From Agathobacter sp. (GTDB lineage: Bacteria; Bacillota; Clostridia; Lachnospirales; Lachnospiraceae), in NCBI GenBank assembly GCA_022772675.1, contig JALEZW010000015.1:4495-68494 (forward strand): a stretch of 64,000 nt of DNA, given 5' to 3'. Below the pieces are notes generated by a model that worked only from the letters and a program-made list of their open reading frames with translations, was not told the origin of the DNA and did not search any database. The stretch's first letter is position 1; every line of letters starts with the position of its first letter. This document shows positions 56,637-64,000 of the stretch, in pieces. The translations under genes were made by a program, and so were the position numbers.

Positions 56637-57290
56637 ATGAATTGTTTGTCACCATCGATTTTATCAGCAGATTTTTCAAAGCTGGGGGAACAAGTTCAGC
56701 TTTTGGATGAAGCAGGAGCAGAATATGTTCATATCGATGTCATGGATGGAAGTTTTGTGCCAAGTATTTCCTTTGGATTTCCGATTATTCAGTCTATACG
56801 AAGCTGTACCGACCGTATTTTTGATGTGCATCTGATGATAGAAGAACCAATTCGCTATATTCCGGAGTTTGCCAAAAGTGGAGCGGATATTATTACGGTG
56901 CATGCAGAGGCTTGCCGTCATCTTGACCGTACCATTGAGGCAATTAAGGAACAGGGGGTGCTGGCAGGGGTAGCACTGAATCCTTCTACACCTATTGAAA
57001 TGGTCCGCTATATTCTTCCAAAAGTGGACATGCTGTTGATTATGACGGTGAATCCGGGTTTTGGTGGACAGAAATTAATTTCCTATACGTTGGATAAAGT
57101 ACAGGAAGCGAGAACGTTAATTGATAAGCTTGGCTGTAAGACGGATATTGAGGTGGATGGTGGAATTACACTGGATAATGTAAGTACTGCATTGGATGCG
57201 GGAGCAAACATTATTGTGGCAGGCTCTGCGGTCTTTAGAGGGGATATCGCGGAAAATGTCAGGTGCTTCCGGGAAGTGCTGGAGGGCTGA
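56637..57290 (+). CDS. rpe: ribulose-phosphate 3-epimerase
   Basis: Motifs PSILSADF, HIDVMDG, MTVNPGFGGQ and DGG. Confidence 0.95.
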   Translation: MNCLSPSILSADFSKLGEQVQLLDEAGAEYVHIDVMDGSFVPSISFGFPIIQSIRSCTDRIFDVHLMIEEPIRYIPEFAKSGADIITVHAEACRHLDRTIEAIKEQGVLAGVALNPSTPIEMVRYILPKVDMLLIMTVNPGFGGQKLISYTLDKVQEARTLIDKLGCKTDIEVDGGITLDNVSTALDAGANIIVAGSAVFRGDIAENVRCFREVLEG

Positions 57291-57368
57291 GGGAGAGAAT
57301 GGGGCAGTGACCTTGCTCAAGTCACTTTGCGAGATATTAAGGATGAAGAAAGGATGGGGTGTGGAGAA

Positions 57369-58016
57369 ATGAGATATTTAATTGTTGCGGGTGGAAATGT
57401 ATCAGATGAGTTTATAGCGCATGTGATCAAGACCGGTGGATTTGATGTGATTCTTGCGGCAGATGCAGGGATGGAGGCACTATATCGCTGCCATGTGCTT
57501 CCGGATATTATTGTGGGAGATTTTGATTCTGTGGATGCAGAGATTCTTGAACATTTTCGTAAGAAAGAACGGATAGAAATCTGCATGCTGAATCCGGAAA
57601 AGGATGATACCGATACGGAATATGCCATTCGTGAGGCAATCCGAAGAGGTGCAAAGGAAATCGCAATTGTAGGCGGAACAGGTACGAGGATGGATCATGT
57701 GCTGGGGAATATCTGTCTTCTTGGCATTGGATTAGAGCATGGAATTACGATTCATCTGGTGGATGAACATAACCGGATTCGGATGATTGATGCACCGATT
57801 ACGTTGCAGAGACAGGAACAGTATGGGAAATATATTTCTCTGATTCCCTTTTCAGAGAAAGTCAACGGTGTGACACTGGAAGGGTTCAAATATCCTCTTC
57901 AAAACTATACCATGGGGGGATTTAACTCACTGGGCATCAGCAATGAGATTATTGCGGATGAGGCAAAAATCTCCCTTGCTTCGGGTCAGCTGATTGTGGT
58001 GGAGTCCCGGGACTAA
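57369..58016 (+). CDS. thiN: thiamine diphosphokinase
   Basis: GDFDS motif, KDDTD, and the GGTGTRMDH signature. The ATG at 57369 lies within the longer ORF-track frame. Confidence 0.85.
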   Translation: MRYLIVAGGNVSDEFIAHVIKTGGFDVILAADAGMEALYRCHVLPDIIVGDFDSVDAEILEHFRKKERIEICMLNPEKDDTDTEYAIREAIRRGAKEIAIVGGTGTRMDHVLGNICLLGIGLEHGITIHLVDEHNRIRMIDAPITLQRQEQYGKYISLIPFSEKVNGVTLEGFKYPLQNYTMGGFNSLGISNEIIADEAKISLASGQLIVVESRD

Positions 58017-58075
58017 AGGGTTTTCCGGTCAAAAGTACAGGGATATCAGTTGCATATATGTGCGGATTAACAGGT

Positions 58076-58110
58076 AAAAAAAACGGATGTGATAATCACA
58101 TCCGTTTTTT
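58076..58110. terminator. bidirectional intrinsic terminator
   Basis: AAAAAAAACGGATGTGA TAA TCACATCCGTTTTTT between convergent thiN and pckA. Confidence 0.75.
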
Positions 58111-58157
58111 AATAGGCAATTGTACGATTGCCGGTATAGTATTTTTCGTGCTTTGAA

Positions 58158-59762
58158 TTAAAGCTGTGGACCTGCAGCAACTAATGCCTTACCAGCCTCA
58201 TTGCCCTCATACTTAGCGAAGTTCTTGATGAATCTCTCTGCAAGATCCTTAGCCTTAGCCTCCCACTCAGAAGCATCAGCGTAGGTATCGCGAGGATCAA
58301 GAATGCCTGTATCCACGCCGGCAAGCTCGGTCGGAACCTCGAAGTTGAAGTAAGGAATCTTCTTGGTAGGAGCGTTTAAGATATCTCCGTTTAAGATAGC
58401 ATCAATGATACCACGGGTATCCTTAATGGAGATACGCTTTCCGGTTCCGTTCCATCCGGTATTTACAAGGTAAGCCTTTGCGCCGCTCTTCTCCATTCTC
58501 TTAACCAGCTCCTCTGCATACTTGGTCGGATGCAGCTCAAGGAATGCCTGTCCGAAGCAAGCGGAGAAAGTAGGAGTCGGCTCAGTGATTCCACGCTCTG
58601 TACCTGCAAGCTTTGCGGTGAAACCGGAAAGGAAGTAGTACTTGGTCTGCTCTGGTGTCAGGATAGATACCGGAGGAAGTACTCCGAATGCATCTGCTGA
58701 CAAGAAGATGACGTTCTTTGCTGCCGGAGCAGAAGAAATCGGGCGTACAATATTCTGAATATGGTTGATCGGGTAAGAAACACGGGTGTTCTCAGTAACA
58801 CTCTTATCAGCGAAATCAATCTTGCCGTTCTCATCCAATGTAACGTTCTCTAACAGAGCGTCGCGCTTGATGGCATTGTAGATATCCGGCTCGGAATCCT
58901 TGTCCAGATCGATAACCTTTGCGTAGCAGCCGCCCTCGAAGTTGAATACACCATTGTCGTCCCAGCCGTGCTCGTCATCACCGATCAGAAGACGCTTCGG
59001 ATCAGTAGAAAGGGTAGTCTTACCTGTTCCGGAAAGACCGAAGAAGATTGCTGTGTTCTCACCGTTTAAGTCGGTGTTAGCAGAGCAGTGCATAGAAGCG
59101 ATGCCCTTCAGTGGAAGGAAGTAGTTCATCATGGAGAACATACCCTTCTTCATCTCTCCGCCGTACCAGGTATTTACGATTACCTGCTCTTTGCTGGTCA
59201 GGTTGAACATAACAGCTGTCTCAGAGTTTAATCCTAACTCCTTGTAGTTCTCAACCTTAGCCTTGGAAGCGTTGTATACGATAAAGTCAGGCTCGAAGTT
59301 CTCAAGCTCTTCAGCGGTAGGCTGAATGAACATGTTGGTTACGAAATGTGCCTGCCATGCAACCTCAACGATGAAACGGATTGCCATGCGGGTATCCTTG
59401 TTAGCACCACAGAAAGCATCTACAACATAAAGCTTCTTGTTGGAAAGCTCGTTGATTGCCAGATCCTTAACAGCATCCCAGGCTTCCTGGCTTGCCTTGT
59501 GGTTATCGTTTTTGTATTCATCAGATGTCCACCAAACAGTATCCTTAGAGGTCTCATCCTCAACGATGAACTTGTCTTTTGGGGAACGTCCGGTATAGAT
59601 TCCGGTCATAACGTTGACAGCGCCAAGCTCGCTGACCTGACCCTTTTCAAAGCCTTCCAGCTCCGGCTTTGTCTCCTCATTGAATAACTCATCATAAGAA
59701 GGGTTGTGTACGATTTCTGTAGTACCGGTAATACCATACTTGCTTAAATTGATTTCTGCCAT
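58158..59762 (-). CDS. pckA: phosphoenolpyruvate carboxykinase (ATP)
   Basis: Kinase-1a motif [17 protein letters not shown], and 534 aa typical of ATP-PEPCK. Confidence 0.95.
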   Translation of the reverse strand: MAEINLSKYGITGTTEIVHNPSYDELFNEETKPELEGFEKGQVSELGAVNVMTGIYTGRSPKDKFIVEDETSKDTVWWTSDEYKNDNHKASQEAWDAVKDLAINELSNKKLYVVDAFCGANKDTRMAIRFIVEVAWQAHFVTNMFIQPTAEELENFEPDFIVYNASKAKVENYKELGLNSETAVMFNLTSKEQVIVNTWYGGEMKKGMFSMMNYFLPLKGIASMHCSANTDLNGENTAIFFGLSGTGKTTLSTDPKRLLIGDDEHGWDDNGVFNFEGGCYAKVIDLDKDSEPDIYNAIKRDALLENVTLDENGKIDFADKSVTENTRVSYPINHIQNIVRPISSAPAAKNVIFLSADAFGVLPPVSILTPEQTKYYFLSGFTAKLAGTERGITEPTPTFSACFGQAFLELHPTKYAEELVKRMEKSGAKAYLVNTGWNGTGKRISIKDTRGIIDAILNGDILNAPTKKIPYFNFEVPTELAGVDTGILDPRDTYADASEWEAKAKDLAERFIKNFAKYEGNEAGKALVAAGPQL

Positions 59763-60079
59763 TTTCCTTTAACCTCTTTCCTTATAATATAGTAAATTAT
59801 GAATAAAGCACTGCAATGCAGCCTCTATTTATCTGTTGCTTAGGGAAATCCTTTTTCCCTAATTTAGTATTATACATACTTTATTGATAAAATCAACAAA
59901 TTTCATACCTTTCCTTTGTTGATTTAGTAAAAATAGAGAGGTTTTTAAAATGTAAAAAAATAATTTTGGTGAAAATGTCACGTACAAATCAAAAGTCTAA
60001 CCTTTTGGCTAGTTTACTTATCCTTCTCTGACTGTGTATAATAAAATAATACAAGGAAAAGTATGCATGTGAAAAAGGG

Positions 60080-62218
60080 TTGAGAAACTTGCACCAAACA
60101 GATCATCTTTCTCTCGTGATTCCTTCCTGTAAGCCGGAAACGGATGAATATTATGTGCGTCCGCAGGCAGCGTGGGAGAGAATGAAGGCTGCCAGAAACA
60201 GTCAGCAAACCGTATATATCTATGGCACGACAGGGTCTGGAAAGACTTCTATTGTGGCAGCTTTCCTTGCCAGGAAACAGTACTGTTATATCGACATGGC
60301 AACTACCGGAATGGAAGAGTTTGCCTGTGTGGTACAGGAAATCGTGTCAAAAGCAGATAAAAAAGAATATGGCCCGTCGATTTTGGTAATCGATGACCTG
60401 CATGTATTGGAAAGCCAGGAGGACAAATCCATTTGCGGGCAGATCATCGAGAACATGAGCATGAGTGAGGATGTCTGGCTGATTCTGATTTCCAGGGCAC
60501 CGGTGCCGAAATGGTTAAAACCTGTCTTTGTCCGGAGTGTGTTTCTTACCTTAGGGGAAAAGGAACTGTACCTCACCGAAAAAGAACAGGAAAGTTATTT
60601 TGAAAGATGGGATATATCCCTTACGGAGGCTGCAAATGAAAGAGTCAGGCAGCTGGGTGCAGGGCATCCGCTGGCTCTAAAGATTGGGGCAATGCTTCTG
60701 AAAAACATTCCGAAGGAAGAAGCGGCGAAAGATAAAACCGGCGCAGAGCTTCAAGCCATTGAGGAAGCCCAGAAGAATATGTGGGATTACCTGGAAGTGC
60801 ATGTGTATGACCAATGGAGCGTGGAACTTCAGGAGTTTTTGGAAGCGGTATCCATTGTGGAACAGTTTGACCTTGGGCTGGCACAGCAGATTACCAAGCG
60901 TAAAGAAAGCGGAGAACTGATTTCACGAGCACAGGAGGTTGGAAACTTCCTCTTAGAATACAGGAAAAATGAGAGTGTAGTATATGAAATGATCACACCC
61001 ATGAAACAGTCCATGCGCAGGAGACTTTCTGCGAAATACTCGCAGGATTACATCAGTGAGCTTTACTACAGTGCCGGAAATTATTATGAGATTGAAGGGG
61101 ATGTGCCGGAGGCGCTTAGGATGTATGAAATGTGCCGCTGTGAGGATGGCATTTCCCGGATTCTGATTGAAAATACGAGGAGAAATCCGGCGGCAGGTGA
61201 TTATTTTGCATTGCGGCATTACTATCTGGCACTGCCGGAAGAAAAGATAAAGGAAAGCGTGGAGCTGATGGCGGGCATGAGCATGCTGCATTCCCTGCTG
61301 TTAAATGAAGAAGAAAGCGAGCACTGGTATCAGGAGCTTGCCGTCTATGCAAAGGAAAAGACCGGCGGTGTGAAAAGGGCAGCAAGGAGCAGACCGCTAT
61401 ATCTGGATATTGCCCTGCCCCACAGGGGGAGCGTCCGGATGATAGATCTTTTAAAACAGGCGGGGGTGCTGCTGACAGAAAGAAAAGTAGATTTGCCGGA
61501 GTTTTCCGTAACAAGCAACCTGCCTTCCATGATGAACGGCGGAAAGGATTTCTGCGAATGGAGCAGGAAGGATAAGGAACTGGCAAATTCCATGGGAAAA
61601 GTCTTAAGCCTTGTCCTTGGAAAATATGGAAAAGGACTTGTGAACATTGCCCTTGCAGAGAGCTATTTTGAGAAAGGCGGGGAGGACTACGAAGTGGCAC
61701 TTCTTGCCGGAAACGGAAGGATGCAGGCGGAAGCCGGAGGAAAGGCAGAACAGGTCTTTGTGGCAGCTGCGATTCTTACAAAGCTGTCCATCCTGAATAA
61801 CCATATGGATGCTGCCAGGGATATGTTAGAGAGCTTTCAAAAAAAGGCGGAACAGGAAGCACCAAAGCTTCTGCCAAATATTGGTGCCATGCAGGTTAGA
61901 ATGGATTTATATACCGGACGGACCGGACAGGCCAGTCAATGGCTGGGGAGTGCACCGGATGAGGATATCGAGTTCAACATCATGGATCGATACCGTTACC
62001 TGACGAAGGTGCGGGTGTATCTGGCAACCGGGCGGAAGGAAAAGGCGCTGCTTCTGCTGGAAAAGCTGCGTTACTACGCGAAGATAGCCCACAGAACCTA
62101 CATAGCCATCGAAGTAAAGATATTAAAAGCCATTGCCTTGTACCGCATGGAAAAGGAGGGCTGGCAGGAAACTTTGCAGGAAGCAGTGGCAGAAGCCAGA
62201 AACCGGAGGCTTTTGTGA
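60080..62218 (+). CDS. MalT-like STAND NTPase with helical/TPR-like repeats, no recognisable output domain
   Basis: Walker A GTTGSGKTS ~50 aa from the N-terminus, Walker B ILVIDDLH, GAGHPLAL (MalT-type motif), and a long helical repeat C-terminus. It ends without a LuxR HTH. The start codon is uncertain (TTG at 60080 or 60089, or GTG at 60116). Confidence 0.65.
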   Translation: MRNLHQTDHLSLVIPSCKPETDEYYVRPQAAWERMKAARNSQQTVYIYGTTGSGKTSIVAAFLARKQYCYIDMATTGMEEFACVVQEIVSKADKKEYGPSILVIDDLHVLESQEDKSICGQIIENMSMSEDVWLILISRAPVPKWLKPVFVRSVFLTLGEKELYLTEKEQESYFERWDISLTEAANERVRQLGAGHPLALKIGAMLLKNIPKEEAAKDKTGAELQAIEEAQKNMWDYLEVHVYDQWSVELQEFLEAVSIVEQFDLGLAQQITKRKESGELISRAQEVGNFLLEYRKNESVVYEMITPMKQSMRRRLSAKYSQDYISELYYSAGNYYEIEGDVPEALRMYEMCRCEDGISRILIENTRRNPAAGDYFALRHYYLALPEEKIKESVELMAGMSMLHSLLLNEEESEHWYQELAVYAKEKTGGVKRAARSRPLYLDIALPHRGSVRMIDLLKQAGVLLTERKVDLPEFSVTSNLPSMMNGGKDFCEWSRKDKELANSMGKVLSLVLGKYGKGLVNIALAESYFEKGGEDYEVALLAGNGRMQAEAGGKAEQVFVAAAILTKLSILNNHMDAARDMLESFQKKAEQEAPKLLPNIGAMQVRMDLYTGRTGQASQWLGSAPDEDIEFNIMDRYRYLTKVRVYLATGRKEKALLLLEKLRYYAKIAHRTYIAIEVKILKAIALYRMEKEGWQETLQEAVAEARNRRLL

Positions 62219-62266
62219 AGTTGAGATTACCGGAGAAACAAAGAAAACTTCCAGTGAGGGCGAGTC

Positions 62267-62962
62267 ATGGAACTTACAATCCTTATGCCATGTTTGAATG
62301 AAGAAAAAACAATAGAAAAATGTATCCGGAAAGCAAAGCATTTTCTGGAAAGTAATCATATAAACGGTGAAGTTTTAGTAGTGGATAACGGAAGCAGTGA
62401 TCATTCGGTGCAGTATGCAAAGGCCTGCGGTGCTAGAGTCGTAACAGCGGCAGCCAAAGGATATGGAAGTGCTTTGATAGAGGGGAATAAACAGGTGAAA
62501 GGCAGATATATCATCATGGGAGACAGTGATGACAGCTATAATTTCGAGGAAATCCTTCCATTTCTGGAGGAACTGAGAGCTGGGAAAGAATTTGTGATAG
62601 GAAACCGGTTTCTAGGTGGAATCGAAAAAGGAGCGATGCCATTGCTGCACAAATACATAGGAAATCCTTTCCTTTCATATATGGGAAGAAAACTATATAA
62701 ATGTAATATTGGAGATTTTCACTGCGGATTGAGGGGGTATGAGAAGAAAGCCATGGAAAGCCTGGAGTTGAAATGCACCGGTATGGAATTGGCGAGTGAG
62801 ATGGTCATCCGGGCGGTACAGCATAATCTGAAGATATCCGAAGTGCCTGTGAAACTCTATAAAGACGGAAGAAATGGCAGGTCCCACTTAAGAAGTTTCC
62901 GGGATGGCATGCGGCATTTATATATACTGATTACCTATAGAAACAAGAGGGAGAAGAGGTGA
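62267..62962 (+). CDS. family 2 glycosyltransferase (polyprenyl-phosphate sugar transferase-like)
   Basis: TILMPCLNEEKTI, VVDNGSSD and GDSDDSY (DxD), as in GT2 DPM1/GtrB/ArnC-like enzymes. No C-terminal TM. Confidence 0.8.
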   Translation: MELTILMPCLNEEKTIEKCIRKAKHFLESNHINGEVLVVDNGSSDHSVQYAKACGARVVTAAAKGYGSALIEGNKQVKGRYIIMGDSDDSYNFEEILPFLEELRAGKEFVIGNRFLGGIEKGAMPLLHKYIGNPFLSYMGRKLYKCNIGDFHCGLRGYEKKAMESLELKCTGMELASEMVIRAVQHNLKISEVPVKLYKDGRNGRSHLRSFRDGMRHLYILITYRNKREKR

Positions 62963-62972
62963 TATTTGCAAA

Positions 62973-64000
62973 ATGAAGGGAATATTAAAATATATCGGCG
63001 TTTTTTCAGCCACACTTGCATTGTTAATTTTGTTATTGGTCTTAAGCTGTACCATCCCCCAGAAGAAAATATATGAAAACTCCAGGCTGTCGGCAGAATT
63101 TATGACAAAAAATGAAACGGATTTTTATAATCCTCTGCTTTCGGAGGAAAAGTTTGTCATACATAATTATGCAGATGCCATATGGCTTAGTATCGCCTAC
63201 AGTATAGACAGTGAGCATCCTCTGAAATCCGCACTGGAGGGAAAATATTACAATGAATTTGGTGACAGACTGTATAATATTAATTTTTACAGAGATACCA
63301 TTGAACAAAATAAGGAAGCAAATACCGAATATTACAGGTACTGGCATGGAACCATACTGTTTTTAAGACCGCTGCTTACAAAGTTCACCTATATGGATAT
63401 CCGGTATATGAATGTGCTGCTTCTGACAGGGCTTTGTTTTGCACTTATCATTTTGCTGCAGCAAAAACTGGGGATGAGAGCAGCCGTAATATTTGCAGCA
63501 GCAATCGTATCCGTTGGATTTTATGCAGTGCCTTATTGTATCGAATATGTTCCGATGTTTTATATCATGTTTATCAGTTCGATTGCTGTATTGTTTCTAA
63601 AAGACAAAAAAAAGATTCCCTATCTCTTTTTGATCACAGGAATCTGCAGTAATTTTTTTGATTTTTTAACAGTGGAAACCATCACCTTATGTGTCCCTTT
63701 GGTCCTGCATTTTTATGAATTATACAGAAAAGGGAAAATAAAAGATTTTAAAAACAGCCTGAAATATTTCATAAAATTATGCACTCTGTGGCTTGGAGGA
63801 TATCTGTTTACGTGGATGAGTAAGTGGCTCATTGCATCCATCGTTTTAAAAAGGAATGTTATGACTAATGTTATGGAGTCTGTTTCACAAAGAACGGTAG
63901 GAAAAGTACAGGAGACACCTCTTTTGAAACAGCTCATCAATGCACTGATCTATAACATACGCGGGTTGTTTCCCTTTAATCTTACTCAAAACACTACGGG
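62973..64000 (+). CDS. polytopic membrane protein (3' partial, runs off the window)
   Basis: The ATG at 62973 opens a frame I translated by hand with no stop up to position 64000 (MKGILKYIGVFSATLALLILLLVLSC...). Several hydrophobic segments. It is absent from the ORF track because no stop lies within the window. Confidence 0.6.
   Translation, partial: MKGILKYIGVFSATLALLILLLVLSCTIPQKKIYENSRLSAEFMTKNETDFYNPLLSEEKFVIHNYADAIWLSIAYSIDSEHPLKSALEGKYYNEFGDRLYNINFYRDTIEQNKEANTEYYRYWHGTILFLRPLLTKFTYMDIRYMNVLLLTGLCFALIILLQQKLGMRAAVIFAAAIVSVGFYAVPYCIEYVPMFYIMFISSIAVLFLKDKKKIPYLFLITGICSNFFDFLTVETITLCVPLVLHFYELYRKGKIKDFKNSLKYFIKLCTLWLGGYLFTWMSKWLIASIVLKRNVMTNVMESVSQRTVGKVQETPLLKQLINALIYNIRGLFPFNLTQNTT

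Noticed and set aside
62219-62266. Frameshifted LuxR HTH continuing from the STAND gene
   Set aside because: Translating all three forward frames across the gap gave no helix-turn-helix-like sequence, and the GT2 gene starts at 62267. A single indel cannot restore an HTH here.
1-64000. CRISPR arrays, cas genes, restriction-modification, toxin-antitoxin pairs or other canonical defence systems
   Set aside because: I saw no regularly spaced direct repeats. No ORF carries the nuclease, methylase, Cas or TA signatures I could recognise.

Overview
This window looks like a core-chromosome segment of a spore-forming Clostridia-class Firmicute, possibly Lachnospiraceae-like (inferred from SigH, YlmC/YmxH, a SpoVB-like flippase and gene order; not verifiable here). 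It is densely coding and mostly housekeeping. From start to end: a thiol and oxygen-detoxification cluster (CoADR-rhodanese, rhodanese lipoprotein, two multi-domain rubredoxin/rubrerythrin proteins, desulfoferrodoxin); a small AT-rich islet with an orphan RHH gene; ychF-ylmC-nrdR-yqeG; an ABC-2 exporter divergent from a HisKA_3/LuxR two-component system; rpiB, efp, nifS, metH; a tRNA-Val/tRNA-Met pair; metY, pta, ispF; cysS-mrnC-rlmB-sigH-mecA; cheC-cheY; RNase P RNA; pyrBI; a sirC-hemB-hemL-hemA-hemC-cobA/hemD cluster; the conserved priA-def-fmt-rsmB-rlmN-stp-prkC-rsgA-rpe-thiN block; pckA; and a STAND NTPase, GT2 and membrane-protein module running off the 3' edge. I found no CRISPR array, transposase, integrase, prophage or canonical defence system. 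The candidates most worth follow-up are: (1) an 81-nt, two-hairpin element present twice in inverted DNA orientation around the ABC ATPase gene, so it is same-sense in both divergent transcripts; (2) a translationally coupled Zn-ribbon membrane protein / DUF5685-like / J-domain protein trio whose J protein ends in a cysteine string; (3) a cytoplasmic ParB/Srx-like plus BMP nucleoside-binding fusion coupled to a metallophosphoesterase; (4) a 5'-deoxynucleotidase fused to a degenerate guanylate kinase next to the tRNAs; (5) a MalT-like STAND NTPase with no output domain. All functional readings of these are hypotheses from motif inspection by eye. No database search or folding calculation was run.
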